A DNA stretch of 64,000 bases, taken from the sequence record MZ475895.1; one strand, 5' to 3'. Both the position numbers and the translations under genes were made by a program. Of the stretch, positions 1 through 9,892 are shown piece after piece. Position 1 is the stretch's first letter, and every line of letters begins with the position of its first letter. The notes under the pieces were generated by a model. The model saw only the letters and a program-made list of their open reading frames with translations. It did no database searches and had not been told where the DNA came from.

Positions 1-30
1 CCGAATATCAAAGAAGCGTACAGGACGGCC

Positions 31-1446
31 ATGATGGGCCGTCTTGGCGTTTCCCATTTCAGTTCGGAGATCACTCGCAAAGCATTCCGCCGCATCACCA
101 AGCTGGTGGAAGTTAAAAGCGAAATAATTGAATGGGACGACTTGCTGGAAGACCCGAACTTGGCAGAAGAGTTCAGGGATAGTCTGCGCGAAGCAGATGA
201 GAAGCCAGCAAAGAGCATGAAGGGATTCGACCGCGTCTACGACAATCTGGAGAAGTATCGTCAACGCCGTGACATTATGAATATCGGTAAGATGATTGCG
301 AAAGATTTCGGTGAAGCGGATGCCGAAGAGTTCAACGAGCAAGAGTATATGCAAGGTCTGGCTGATAAGCTGGGTCAAGCGCAACGCGGCACTCGTTCTA
401 CCGAGAAAGTGCATACGTTCGGTGGTAAGAAAAGCAACGCTATCAAACTGGCGAAGCAAGTTATCCTGAACCCGAAAGAGGTGATGTACAAGACAGGCTT
501 CAAGAACTACGACAAACGAAATGGCGGTTGGCCTACAACGGGTGTCGTACTCTTAGCAGGTTCTACCTCTGGCGGTAAGTCTGTAATCTCGATGAACATC
601 GCCGATGCAATGGCAAAGATTAATGGCATCCACTGTTTGAAGGTCACCCTTGAGATGACTGCCGAGCAGGAGATGAAGCGTATGCTGTCCATGATCAGCG
701 GCATCGAGTTCAACAAGATCAAGCAGGGCAAGTTATCGAAGCGTGAGCAGAAGCAGTTAATTGAAGCTGCGAAGCAATACGACAAGATCATGACCAAGTC
801 TAAGGGACGTAACTCATTCACGTCTCCAGAGCGCGGCATGTCTATCGATGACGTTCTGTATATGTCTATCCCGTACGGCGTTCACGTAACCTTCATCGAC
901 TACGTTGGTCTGTTAGAAGGTGTGGACAACGACAACCAGTGGCGTGAACTGTCCACGATTGTTCGTAAAGCGAAAGTACACGCGAACGCAACAGGTCAGC
1001 TTGTTGTTATCCTGTGTCAGCTTGATGACCAGTCTGGTCGTATTCGTTACTCTGGTGGTATGCGTGAGCACGCCGACGTTGTATGGTCATGGAACTACTC
1101 TGACCCTGAGATTCGTGAAGGTCACGTTATCCCGATGCAGGTAATGAAAGCGCGTGATGGTGAGTTGTTCGAAATGGCAATCGCCGAAGCGTTCCACTTG
1201 ATGCGTGTGTCTGACGCAGAAGAAGGTGCTGAGATTCCTCAACGTGCTACAACGTCAGATGATGTTGGTGGATCTCCTGCAAAAGGTAATTTCAAGAAGA
1301 AAGGTAAGGGTAAAGACAAGATCGAAATCAAGAAGTCTCGACGTGCAGCAGCAGCGTTCCTATCAAGCGGCAGCGACGATGATGACGACGATGAAGATCT
1401 GCCGAAGAAGAAAAAGAAACGCAAGCAATATGACGTTGCTGCGTAA
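31..1446 (+). CDS. DnaB-like replicative helicase (probably N-terminally truncated by the window edge)
   Basis: Walker A GSTSGGKS, TLEM, FIDY Walker B, QL...HADVV, KARDG arginine-finger motif; low-complexity K/D-rich C-terminal tail. Confidence 0.9.
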   Translation: MMGRLGVSHFSSEITRKAFRRITKLVEVKSEIIEWDDLLEDPNLAEEFRDSLREADEKPAKSMKGFDRVYDNLEKYRQRRDIMNIGKMIAKDFGEADAEEFNEQEYMQGLADKLGQAQRGTRSTEKVHTFGGKKSNAIKLAKQVILNPKEVMYKTGFKNYDKRNGGWPTTGVVLLAGSTSGGKSVISMNIADAMAKINGIHCLKVTLEMTAEQEMKRMLSMISGIEFNKIKQGKLSKREQKQLIEAAKQYDKIMTKSKGRNSFTSPERGMSIDDVLYMSIPYGVHVTFIDYVGLLEGVDNDNQWRELSTIVRKAKVHANATGQLVVILCQLDDQSGRIRYSGGMREHADVVWSWNYSDPEIREGHVIPMQVMKARDGELFEMAIAEAFHLMRVSDAEEGAEIPQRATTSDDVGGSPAKGNFKKKGKGKDKIEIKKSRRAAAAFLSSGSDDDDDDEDLPKKKKKRKQYDVAA

Positions 1447-1457
1447 AGGAACTGACC

Positions 1458-1706
1458 ATGAGTGATATTCAGCTACAGGAATTCACGCAAGAAATTCGTG
1501 ATGACCTGTCGAAAGACTTTGTGTATCACATCCGTACCAAGGACGGTACGGAGCACACTGGTATGTGGCCCAACTATGCAGGCTTTCATTGTCTCAACCC
1601 AAATGAGGGCAAGCGCATTAGTATGGATGATGTTACGCACATCAGTGAGCAAATGACCTTCGACGATCACTCGGACAAATACGTCTTCAATCGTGAAAAA
1701 GTTTGA
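1458..1706 (+). CDS. hypothetical protein
   Basis: 82-aa ORF, AAGGA RBS, packed between neighbours. Confidence 0.7.
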   Translation: MSDIQLQEFTQEIRDDLSKDFVYHIRTKDGTEHTGMWPNYAGFHCLNPNEGKRISMDDVTHISEQMTFDDHSDKYVFNREKV

Positions 1707-2490
1707 GGGTCCATACGGGCTAGTTGAGTCCGATAACCTTGTCCCACGTTGGACGTACCCTATTGTGCATGGTAGAGTTCGTCAGGTAGAAGCGTGGGAA
1801 CTTGATACGCTACCAAACGTTTCCACAGAAGTTCGTATGGTAAACGATATTCATGCAATTCACAGCACCCCCGTAGAGGATTATGATGACACAATCGACC
1901 TCGAAGCAGAAGCCGAAACGTATTCAAAAACTGAATCCCGACTTCTTATCAAACCTAAGCTCAATGAAATCAGAGCCCGTAAAAACCAAAGTAACACTGG
2001 TCCAGAGAACGTCTTCTCTGTAGCTCCTGAAGTTCTTGACCGTACGCTGGACAGCATTGATCAGCACAGCGAATCCTTCCGCGATTATCTGTTGCATCAA
2101 GTGTTCAGCCCAATCTTAGGCTTTGATATAGCGGCGGGTGAAGTCGAAGCAATTGCGCGTGATTGTCTCAAGACACCTCTTGAGATCGACAGTGAACTCG
2201 TTCCTTATCTCGAACGAATCGGACTTGCTAATATCATAGGAGTGATGTTGGGCAAATCTGAGTCTGTACCAGAAATCGTGCGTGCAGACGTACTCAAAGA
2301 CTGGCTGATTAAGTCATTCGATGATATTCGTTTAGACAATAAAACGAAAGCTAACGGTACGAAGCTGCGTGATCAAATACGCCGCCTGATGCACGGTAAC
2401 GACGAGCTGGTTGCTCAAGGTGCTGGCATTGGTTCTACCCGAGGTTATTCGGAAGCGAGGAAGCAACAGAAAGAAAATGGCAAAGCCTAA
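1693..2490 (+). CDS. hypothetical protein (position compatible with small terminase subunit, unproven)
   Basis: 265-aa ORF overlapping the terminase start. Confidence 0.7.
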   Translation: MKKFEGPYGLVESDNLVPRWTYPIVHGRVRQVEAWELDTLPNVSTEVRMVNDIHAIHSTPVEDYDDTIDLEAEAETYSKTESRLLIKPKLNEIRARKNQSNTGPENVFSVAPEVLDRTLDSIDQHSESFRDYLLHQVFSPILGFDIAAGEVEAIARDCLKTPLEIDSELVPYLERIGLANIIGVMLGKSESVPEIVRADVLKDWLIKSFDDIRLDNKTKANGTKLRDQIRRLMHGNDELVAQGAGIGSTRGYSEARKQQKENGKA

Positions 2491-5311
2491 GAAGGGTCCA
2501 GCCTTTCAACTTCGTCCCAAGCGCATAGCTGCATTCGATGCACTGCTTGGCGATGATTTTGAGGAGGCTTCATCTGAGGCGGAAGGGTTAGACTTCCTCT
2601 CAGAAAATAGCGCTAATGCCATAGACTTCCTTGAGAAAGGGGAAGTGAACGTAGTTGACTTGGTAGAGAGTGCGCTAGAGCAGCGTACCCTCGTACCACG
2701 CGACTTGAAGTTCGATGATAGCTCAATGCCGAAAGCAAAGAACTTCTTGGACTGGTGTACTAATCCAAAGTTCCTTAAAGCTGAGCCGTATCTTGAGCAG
2801 GCCATGATCGGTCTGCGTTTGTTCGGTGAGATCTGCGTAAGATGTTCGCCTAACCTACAATGGATGTATACAGAGAATCATGAGCCGCAGGAGGGTACTG
2901 CCGCTATCGGGAAGCATTTGCATCTTCTCCATAACGGTGTGTGTCCTCACTGCGGCGCTCGTCGTTCTGATATGATTCGTAACAAGGAGATTAACTTCTA
3001 CAACGAGCTGGCAGTGAATGCCGGTCAGCGTTGTGTGATTGCGTCTACGCCTGTAGCGACGAACAACGGCATCATGCCTATCGGTCACATGATGATCGGT
3101 CATGACACGCCTGGCTTCCACAAGCCTCGTCGCAATTTCAGTGCGCACAACGGACGTGAGATCAAAAAAGTTAGTCAGGTATATGTGTCAAGCGAGAGTC
3201 CGACTAAGGTCATTACACTCGCTAACGGCATTTGGATTGAAGCAACCCACGATCACCCTATTCGCACAGAGACGGGCTTTAAGAAGACCGATAAACTCGT
3301 GCGTGGTGAACGTGTTGAAGTAGCTGTCGGCACGAACACGTGGGGCAAGATACAGCGTCCTACGACGATCTACGAAGCTGGGTTGTCTACGCGTGAAGAT
3401 GCGTTGCGATACATTGCAGACAGATCGATTCCGTTCGGCGAAAGCAAGCTACAGTACGTCTCAGACGACCCTGATGCGATTCAGATGGTGTGGTCTATTC
3501 TGCTTAACGCGGGATTTGTACCGAGCGTGCTCAGAGGCTCAGAAGGCCGTAGCGTTCTCTACTCTCTGACAGATACACCTCAGCGTTGTTCGAAGCACAT
3601 CGAGATCATGTTCGTTGAAGAGGGCACGCCGCAGATAACATACGACTTGCAGATGGAAGGTCTGCCTCAGTTCGTAGCGTCTGGCCTTGTACATCACAAC
3701 AGCGGTAAGTCAGTTGTTGTTGCAATGATCTCTACCTATCTGACGCACAGACTGCTTATGTCGCAGTCGCCTACGGGCATCTTGAGCATCGATAGCACAA
3801 CCGTATTGCACGGTACGTTCGTTGCTCTTACCCAGAAGCAAGCGGCAGATACACTGTGGACTCCCTACTTCAACTACATCATGGGCAGTCCTTGGTTCCA
3901 AGCATACCATGACCTGATTCGTAAACACGAACGGCGCTATGGTATCGAAGTAATGAAGATTCGTGACACGTTCATATTGTACGGTCACCGTAGCTTTGTT
4001 ATTTATCCTGCAGGTCCTGATGGACGTATTCTTCGTGGTCGAACCCGTGTACTAGCGGTAATCGATGAAGTGGCGTATTTCGACAACGACGCCCAATCGA
4101 AGAAAATCAAAGTCAGTGCTAATGCCGTGTACGGCGCTCTCGACCGCTCGCTCGCCACTGTGCGTGCTAAGGAGAAGCGGCAAGTCGAAGCCGGATATGA
4201 TGAGGCGTTTACGGGCTACTTCTGCAACATTAGTAGCCCGGTACATGCACGCGACAAGATCAATGAACTGATGCGCATGGCAGTTGACTCGAAAACGTTG
4301 CTGGGCATTCATGCTCCTACGTGGAAGATGAACCCAGACATGCCGCGTGACTCAGAGTTCTTGCTTGAAGCGTTCCGTCGTGACCCTGTTGGTGCGGCGC
4401 GTGACTACGGTGCAGAAGCTCCGTTGTCTGCTAACCCGTTCATCACTCAGCCTATCTTTATCGAGCAGGCGATACGTGAGAAGGGTCGTTCGCTGTGCAG
4501 TTACACGCATCATATTCTACGTCACAAAGACGGACAGAGACAGCGTTACGGGTCACTCGTTAAAGCAGTTGAGACAAACAAGAACAGCATCCTCGCAATC
4601 GATGCAGGCTATTCCAACAACAGCTTCTCGCTGGTGACAGGTAGCCGTGACGAAGCAGGGATCATCTCGGTAGACTGCGTTGTGGAGATCATTCCTAAGC
4701 CAGGCATACCTCTCAACTACACGATGATATTCGATGAACTGCTTGTGCCTCTGTGTCGCCTGCGTAACGTTCGCGTAATGCTTGCTGACCAATGGCAGTC
4801 CCTCAAGTTGCTGCAAGATGCGAAGATCAAATGTCCTTCAATCGAAGCTGCCGACAAGTACAGCCTCAAGTATGAGGACATGTGGACAGTTAAGACGATG
4901 TTTGAATCTCAGCCGTCGCGTATCAGTCTGCCTCGTATGGGCTTTGCTAAGACCATTCAGGAGACGTTGCAGTATAACGGTGACGAGTACCCACACTGCT
5001 TTGAGAACAAGCCTACAGAGCACTTGATAATGCAGCTACAGACTGTGCAAGACACAGGCCGTGGCGTTATCAAGAACACAGGTGCAACAGATGACTTGTG
5101 GCGTGCTATGGCTCTCATGGTGTACGGCTTTGAGTGTGGTGAATATGAGGAGTTCTTGTCCACTCCTGCGAAAATCAGCGTTAACCGTGACCCGAATCGT
5201 CTGGGTCGTGTTGCTGGTCGTCTCAACAAAGGCGTTGCAGGGTCTAGTGGTAAGACAGCTCCTACTCGCGTTCTTGGTAGCGCTGCGACTCGTATGATTG
5301 GTCGCAAATAA
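2477..5311 (+). CDS. terL: terminase large subunit, intein-containing
   Basis: Walker A GQR/SGKS split by intein, Walker B VIDEVAYF, motif III ISSP, nuclease acidic motifs AIDAG and DDLW; start taken at MAKPKK (ATG 2477). Confidence 0.88.
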   Translation: MAKPKKGPAFQLRPKRIAAFDALLGDDFEEASSEAEGLDFLSENSANAIDFLEKGEVNVVDLVESALEQRTLVPRDLKFDDSSMPKAKNFLDWCTNPKFLKAEPYLEQAMIGLRLFGEICVRCSPNLQWMYTENHEPQEGTAAIGKHLHLLHNGVCPHCGARRSDMIRNKEINFYNELAVNAGQRCVIASTPVATNNGIMPIGHMMIGHDTPGFHKPRRNFSAHNGREIKKVSQVYVSSESPTKVITLANGIWIEATHDHPIRTETGFKKTDKLVRGERVEVAVGTNTWGKIQRPTTIYEAGLSTREDALRYIADRSIPFGESKLQYVSDDPDAIQMVWSILLNAGFVPSVLRGSEGRSVLYSLTDTPQRCSKHIEIMFVEEGTPQITYDLQMEGLPQFVASGLVHHNSGKSVVVAMISTYLTHRLLMSQSPTGILSIDSTTVLHGTFVALTQKQAADTLWTPYFNYIMGSPWFQAYHDLIRKHERRYGIEVMKIRDTFILYGHRSFVIYPAGPDGRILRGRTRVLAVIDEVAYFDNDAQSKKIKVSANAVYGALDRSLATVRAKEKRQVEAGYDEAFTGYFCNISSPVHARDKINELMRMAVDSKTLLGIHAPTWKMNPDMPRDSEFLLEAFRRDPVGAARDYGAEAPLSANPFITQPIFIEQAIREKGRSLCSYTHHILRHKDGQRQRYGSLVKAVETNKNSILAIDAGYSNNSFSLVTGSRDEAGIISVDCVVEIIPKPGIPLNYTMIFDELLVPLCRLRNVRVMLADQWQSLKLLQDAKIKCPSIEAADKYSLKYEDMWTVKTMFESQPSRISLPRMGFAKTIQETLQYNGDEYPHCFENKPTEHLIMQLQTVQDTGRGVIKNTGATDDLWRAMALMVYGFECGEYEEFLSTPAKISVNRDPNRLGRVAGRLNKGVAGSSGKTAPTRVLGSAATRMIGRK
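3032..3700 (+). mobile_element. intein (223 aa, short, no intact homing endonuclease) in terminase
   Basis: Begins CVIASTPV, block B ATHDHPI, ends YDLQ..FVASGLVHHN followed by Ser; removal restores GQRSGKS. Confidence 0.92.
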
Positions 5312-5313
5312 GC

Positions 5314-5319
5314 TAATTT
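5314..5319 (+). promoter_or_regulatory. TAATTT intergenic motif (candidate late promoter)
   Basis: 30 nt upstream of the 5349 start; same motif at similar spacing at other intergenic sites. Confidence 0.45.
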
Positions 5320-5348
5320 AACCAAGAAAGCCACTTGAGGAAAAGATC

Positions 5349-5567
5349 ATGGAAAACAAGTTTTACAACCCACTGACAGCCGCCGAGACTGTAAAGTCAC
5401 AGTCAAGCACGGATAAGGCAGAAAGTACGAGCGGTGCATTTCAAGTTGAAAACCCGAACGTCTGTCCTAAGTGCGCATCGTCCACTGTTCCTACTCAGTT
5501 ACTTGACGGGGAACAGGTGATGTTCTGCACATCCTGCCGTGTGAGTCTCGCCATTCCATTGAAGTGA
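5349..5567 (+). CDS. small zinc-ribbon protein
   Basis: CPKC...CTSC; GAGG RBS. Confidence 0.75.
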   Translation: MENKFYNPLTAAETVKSQSSTDKAESTSGAFQVENPNVCPKCASSTVPTQLLDGEQVMFCTSCRVSLAIPLK

Positions 5568-5574
5568 GGTTATA

Positions 5575-7500
5575 ATGGGCATTCGTGTCGGACGCCAGTA
5601 CACTGGCTCTCCACCGGAGGAGGCCAAGAAAAAGAAACAGTCTACTCTTGGCTCCGCATCCCTCCCCCGAGCAGTAGGCGAAGCTATCCGCAGTGAGAGT
5701 TCGAAGCGTCACACAGAGTTTCTTTCTCAGTCTGCTGGTGGCGCAGGAATGGCTGCTGGTAATATGCAGATTGGTACCGTACCGCTAGACATTGACTTAG
5801 AGCCAATGATGGAAGGTATGGACTATGATGCTGATGACCGACAGCTATTCAACGTCTACCGCGATATGTATCACTTCGACCCAATCTGCGGCTCTTACGT
5901 GGACTTGTTCTCAACGCTGCCGTTCTCTGATGTGAGTTTCAGTGGCGCGAAGGACAGTGTACTTGAGCCGTATTACGAAGTGAACGAACGTCTGTCACTG
6001 ACGTCCAGTATGCCGAACATCTGTACCGATATTCAGGTTACTGGCGCGTTCATTGGCAGCATGATCTACAACAAAGACCGTAAGAAATTCATCGACCTGA
6101 TGACGCACCGTTACGACAACATCGACGTAACACCGCTTCCGTTTATTAGTCAGGACCCGATGTTTGACTTGCGTATTCCTCAGTACGTGAAGCAGGCCTT
6201 CAACAAAGAAGGCAAGCGAATCGATGCGCTCAAGAAAGAGCTGGGGCCTGGCTTTGTTGAAAAGCTGATGAACGATCAAACGATGGAGCTTGACCCTATT
6301 GGGACAATCTATATCCCTCGCAAGACGTTCACTTTCGGTGAAGGTATCTCTGTATTCCGTCGTGTGTTGCCTATCTGGCTGATTGAGAAGAACCTGTATC
6401 GTGGTACGTTGATCGAATCCGGTCGTCGTCAACGCGGTATTCTTCATGCTCAATTAGGCGATGGCGATCAGTGGGAACCTTCGCAGGAAGAAATGGACTT
6501 CATGACAGACCTGTTGCTGTCTGCTGATAGTGACCCTATCGGTAGTATCATCACAACTCGTCTGGGCGTAAACATTAGTGAGTTCCGTCAAGGCGGTGAC
6601 TTCTGGAAGATTACCGATATCTGGGACCAGACTGCTACGTTTAAGATGCGTGCAATGGGTATCAGTGAGGCATTCCTGAGTGGTGAAGCCAACTATGATT
6701 CCGGCGCTGCTGGCCTGACTATCTTTGTCGAGGCGATGCGTGCTTTCCGTGATCATCTGACGCGTAAGGTCTACTATGAGAAAGTCTTCCCGCTTATCAG
6801 TATGATGAATGGCCTTGCTGTTCAGCGTAACGGTAAGATCGTTAAGAAGAACAATCTCATGGACGGTGGTCTGACCGAAGTTATGCACAGACTGAATGAC
6901 GGCTCTAAGCTGTTTATCCCGAACGTGCATTGGTCTAAGCAGCTTCGTCCTGATGTTGACCAAGCGATGATGGAAAACTTGCGTGCTATGACTGAACTGG
7001 GTGTTCCAGTTCCGTTACGTGCAATCGCATCTGCTGGTGGCTACAACTTCGACCAGATTCTGATGGACCAAGATGAAGACCTCGCTATGCGCCGTAAGCT
7101 GATGGCTTATAAGAAGCGTATGGCAGAAGTTGATTCTGAGTTCAAAGCACCAGAAGAAGGCGCGGAAGGTGGCGATAGCTTTAGTTCTGTTTCTAACGAT
7201 CTCAAGCGCCGTCGTCGTCACATTGCAGGTATCGGTTTGTCCTCAGCTGTGCTTGGCGGTGAACGCCGTAAAGGCCTGCTGGGCCGTGATTTCGGTGAGC
7301 AGTCAGAAGTCTTCGAGTTCACCAAAACCGGCAAGAAGAAACACATCATCGGTCAGGCGCGTGCTAACCATAAAGCGAACGATGCTATTTGGAAAGCAGC
7401 ACGCAACTATGAAGCCAACAAAACGATGCCTCTTGATAACGGTAAAGTGTCCTTTGAGCCTACCGCGCAAGAGCTTCGCGCCATGTCGAGACTTCGCTAA
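5575..7500 (+). CDS. probable portal protein
   Basis: 641-aa helical protein just downstream of terminase; size and position typical; no diagnostic motif. Confidence 0.6.
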   Translation: MGIRVGRQYTGSPPEEAKKKKQSTLGSASLPRAVGEAIRSESSKRHTEFLSQSAGGAGMAAGNMQIGTVPLDIDLEPMMEGMDYDADDRQLFNVYRDMYHFDPICGSYVDLFSTLPFSDVSFSGAKDSVLEPYYEVNERLSLTSSMPNICTDIQVTGAFIGSMIYNKDRKKFIDLMTHRYDNIDVTPLPFISQDPMFDLRIPQYVKQAFNKEGKRIDALKKELGPGFVEKLMNDQTMELDPIGTIYIPRKTFTFGEGISVFRRVLPIWLIEKNLYRGTLIESGRRQRGILHAQLGDGDQWEPSQEEMDFMTDLLLSADSDPIGSIITTRLGVNISEFRQGGDFWKITDIWDQTATFKMRAMGISEAFLSGEANYDSGAAGLTIFVEAMRAFRDHLTRKVYYEKVFPLISMMNGLAVQRNGKIVKKNNLMDGGLTEVMHRLNDGSKLFIPNVHWSKQLRPDVDQAMMENLRAMTELGVPVPLRAIASAGGYNFDQILMDQDEDLAMRRKLMAYKKRMAEVDSEFKAPEEGAEGGDSFSSVSNDLKRRRRHIAGIGLSSAVLGGERRKGLLGRDFGEQSEVFEFTKTGKKKHIIGQARANHKANDAIWKAARNYEANKTMPLDNGKVSFEPTAQELRAMSRLR

Positions 7501-7826
7501 TGTATCGCTTCCAGACTTGTCCCATTGAAGGTACGAAGGAGCTGGTGGTGTATCGCCACCCTTCGTTCTCCAACTACGGTCTGGCCTTAAAGGTAAATCG
7601 CACTGGTGAGCAAGACGCTGTTCAGTGCGATATTGTCTCAGGCAACATTGATGGCGTCTCTCGTCTGGATGCCATTACAGACCATACTGCTCCACTTGAT
7701 GTACAGCTATGGGCTTTTACCTGTATGCACATCTTGCGGGAATCTGTAAATATCGAGAGCATTAATCTTGATACGCTGTTTAGCAATAATGGCGGTATCG
7801 TATACTATGGTACTTCAGGAGAATAA
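7500..7826 (+). CDS. hypothetical protein
   Basis: TAATG overlap with portal stop. Confidence 0.7.
   Translation: MYRFQTCPIEGTKELVVYRHPSFSNYGLALKVNRTGEQDAVQCDIVSGNIDGVSRLDAITDHTAPLDVQLWAFTCMHILRESVNIESINLDTLFSNNGGIVYYGTSGE
7744..7751 (+). promoter_or_regulatory. CTGTAAAT motif (candidate phage promoter)
   Basis: One of 11 exact copies found, each shortly upstream of a start codon. Confidence 0.55.
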
Positions 7827-7828
7827 TC

Positions 7829-8215
7829 GTGAGCGGAATGTTTCCTCATCATGTAATTGAACAAAAGAAAGGCTTCGTGTTTATCGTTACTCCGATTGAG
7901 GACGATCCAGACAGTCTCGAAGCTGCGGAAGAAGTGCGTGCCGTACTCGAAGAGTCGTGGCCTACTGCACCTTCTGAGTTGACCGTGGACGACGTTCGCG
8001 ATCCTGAAGAAGCTGAGTTAATCTTGGCTGACATTCTGGAGGTTCTGGGCGAAGCAGAATCTGAGTACGCGAACAAAGTCCTGATCAACAGCGTAATTGT
8101 TGTCGGCGCTCTGGCCATCGTTAACGTCCTGCTGCTGGACGAAGAAGTCAATTCCGAAGAAGAGGAAGAAGACGATGACGCTGATCAGTCTGCGGACGAA
8201 GAAGAGTTCGAATAA
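7829..8215 (+). CDS. acidic hypothetical protein
   Basis: 128 aa, E/D-rich tail, AGGAG RBS, GTG start. Confidence 0.75.
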   Translation: MSGMFPHHVIEQKKGFVFIVTPIEDDPDSLEAAEEVRAVLEESWPTAPSELTVDDVRDPEEAELILADILEVLGEAESEYANKVLINSVIVVGALAIVNVLLLDEEVNSEEEEEDDDADQSADEEEFE

Positions 8216-8224
8216 CGTAGACCG

Positions 8225-8244
8225 TGAGGACCTTCGGGTCCTCA
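8225..8244 (+). promoter_or_regulatory. 8-bp cUUCGg hairpin covering the RBS and first base of the next start codon
   Basis: TGAGGACC-TTCG-GGTCCTCA, no U-tract; ATG at 8244. Confidence 0.65.
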
Positions 8245-8378
8245 TGAATCTAACAGACAAGCATCCCGTACTTGCCGCCAAGTATCTCACTAATCAGACC
8301 CCTGTGTATGCGCGTGCGTTACTTGATGAACTCAACAACGAGGAAGTATCTGACCTCTACTATCAAATGGTAGCATGA
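8244..8378 (+). CDS. small hypothetical protein (44 aa)
   Basis: MNLTDKHP...YQMVA, GAGG RBS inside hairpin, ATGA overlap with next gene. Confidence 0.55.
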   Translation: MNLTDKHPVLAAKYLTNQTPVYARALLDELNNEEVSDLYYQMVA

Positions 8379-8857
8379 TGGACAAAACAGAGAGCGCAAG
8401 CTCCAATAGCGAAAGGCACCGAATCTATTTCAGGCAGCCGCAACGAGTACCTCCCTTCGATACAGCTTTTGTTCGTGCGTCAGACACCACGAGCCTCAAG
8501 CTGCTTCTCTCGGCTGCTCCTGAACATTGTCAGATCATATTGTTTACGGACGGCACCGGCACTGCTTATGCCATGAAACGCCTCTTTAAGCGCAAATTCC
8601 TTTTGAACTCTCAAGCTCTACAACTCGATCTGCCTACGATAACACTTACAGGTCAGGTCGTTTATCAGTTCGTTCGCGGCGGCTCTGTGCGCGACAAACT
8701 GAGTCGTTACTTCTGTGCTGGACCAAGCTATCTGCATGAGCTGGCACAAACGTCCGTTGAATCAGACGTTCTCGATATGTTCTGTTTGGGCTTAGACTTC
8801 CATGCGGTATTGCGTGCGAGGGAGCGTGGCCGTTCTATTGTCTTTACGGAGGAATAA
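8375..8857 (+). CDS. hypothetical protein
   Basis: 160-aa ORF in operon. Confidence 0.7.
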   Translation: MMDKTESASSNSERHRIYFRQPQRVPPFDTAFVRASDTTSLKLLLSAAPEHCQIILFTDGTGTAYAMKRLFKRKFLLNSQALQLDLPTITLTGQVVYQFVRGGSVRDKLSRYFCAGPSYLHELAQTSVESDVLDMFCLGLDFHAVLRARERGRSIVFTEE

Positions 8858-9885
8858 TGGGAAGAACGTTTGCGTCAGTGACTCGCCACTCACCTGTCGC
8901 TCAAATACCTAAGATGGAAATCAAATACGGTAAGAAGCCTATGCTTCACGTAGTTGATGCATCTAACTGGATGTGTCGTGCTTACTTTGCCACACGCGAT
9001 AAGCCTGTATATGCATCAGACGGTACACCCATCTACGGCCTGCGCCAGTTTCTGTACATGGTTCAGGACCTGATTGATATAGCAGCCAAAGACCCTAACG
9101 GTTGCTACATTGCTTTCTGCTTCGACCCAAGCTCAAACGAAACGTGGCGGTATCGTGCTCTGCAAAACTGGGCAGCAACCAAGAAGAAGAAATTCATCAG
9201 AGGCGTGTTCAAGAAAAGCAGCGACTATAAAGGCAACCGAGACCGCTCTCAAACAGCCGAGCTTGGTGTGCAGATGATTTTAGCGCGGCAGATTCTTGAA
9301 CTTGCAGGCTTCTATGTTGGCCTGAAAAAGCCATACGAGTGCGACGACCTTGTAGGAACTATCTGTCATAGATTCAAGCGCAAGTATCTGATCAAACTCT
9401 ACTCACGCGATAAGGACTATGTACAGCTTGTTGATCACAAGAACGTTGAACTCATTATGCAGGCGCAGTCTAACGCAAAAGAACGCCGCTTCGATTTCAA
9501 AACAGCGAAAGGCTTCTTCGGTGTTCCTGCCGACCGTGTTATCGATATGCTCGCGCTGTGCGGTGATGGTGTCGATAACGTTCCAGGCATTCCTGGTATT
9601 GGCGAGAAGACTGCTATTGAACATATTCATCGCCATGGTGGTGCTATTGAACTTCGTGACGCTCTGCTTAATGGCAAAGTGAAATCGAATGCAGGCTGGG
9701 CTAAAGCATTGCGCTCAGAGATTCCTTCGATGGACCTTGAACTCCAGATGGAGCTTGTCACTATCTGCCGCAACGTGCCGGGCATGCCTCGCACTATTGA
9801 TGCGTTTGCTAATCGCACGCCTGATGTTAAAGCGCTCAAAGCAGTTAAGAAGCGTCTGGGCCTGACTAAACTATTACACGTATAG
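8857..9885 (+). CDS. 5'-3' exonuclease / flap endonuclease (PolI N-terminal, T4 RNase H family)
   Basis: VVDAS, YKGNR, ECDDLVGT, SRDKDYVQL, GDGVDNVPGIPGIGEKTA helix-3-turn-helix. Confidence 0.95.
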   Translation: MGRTFASVTRHSPVAQIPKMEIKYGKKPMLHVVDASNWMCRAYFATRDKPVYASDGTPIYGLRQFLYMVQDLIDIAAKDPNGCYIAFCFDPSSNETWRYRALQNWAATKKKKFIRGVFKKSSDYKGNRDRSQTAELGVQMILARQILELAGFYVGLKKPYECDDLVGTICHRFKRKYLIKLYSRDKDYVQLVDHKNVELIMQAQSNAKERRFDFKTAKGFFGVPADRVIDMLALCGDGVDNVPGIPGIGEKTAIEHIHRHGGAIELRDALLNGKVKSNAGWAKALRSEIPSMDLELQMELVTICRNVPGMPRTIDAFANRTPDVKALKAVKKRLGLTKLLHV

Positions 9886-9892
9886 GAATGAT

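Noticed and set aside
1375-1425. GAT/GAC and AAG runs as a microsatellite or eukaryotic NLS/contamination
   Set aside because: In-frame low-complexity coding tail of the helicase in an otherwise phage-like, RBS-bearing context
1693-2490. Small terminase subunit
   Set aside because: Only position supports it; no recognisable motif, so left as hypothetical
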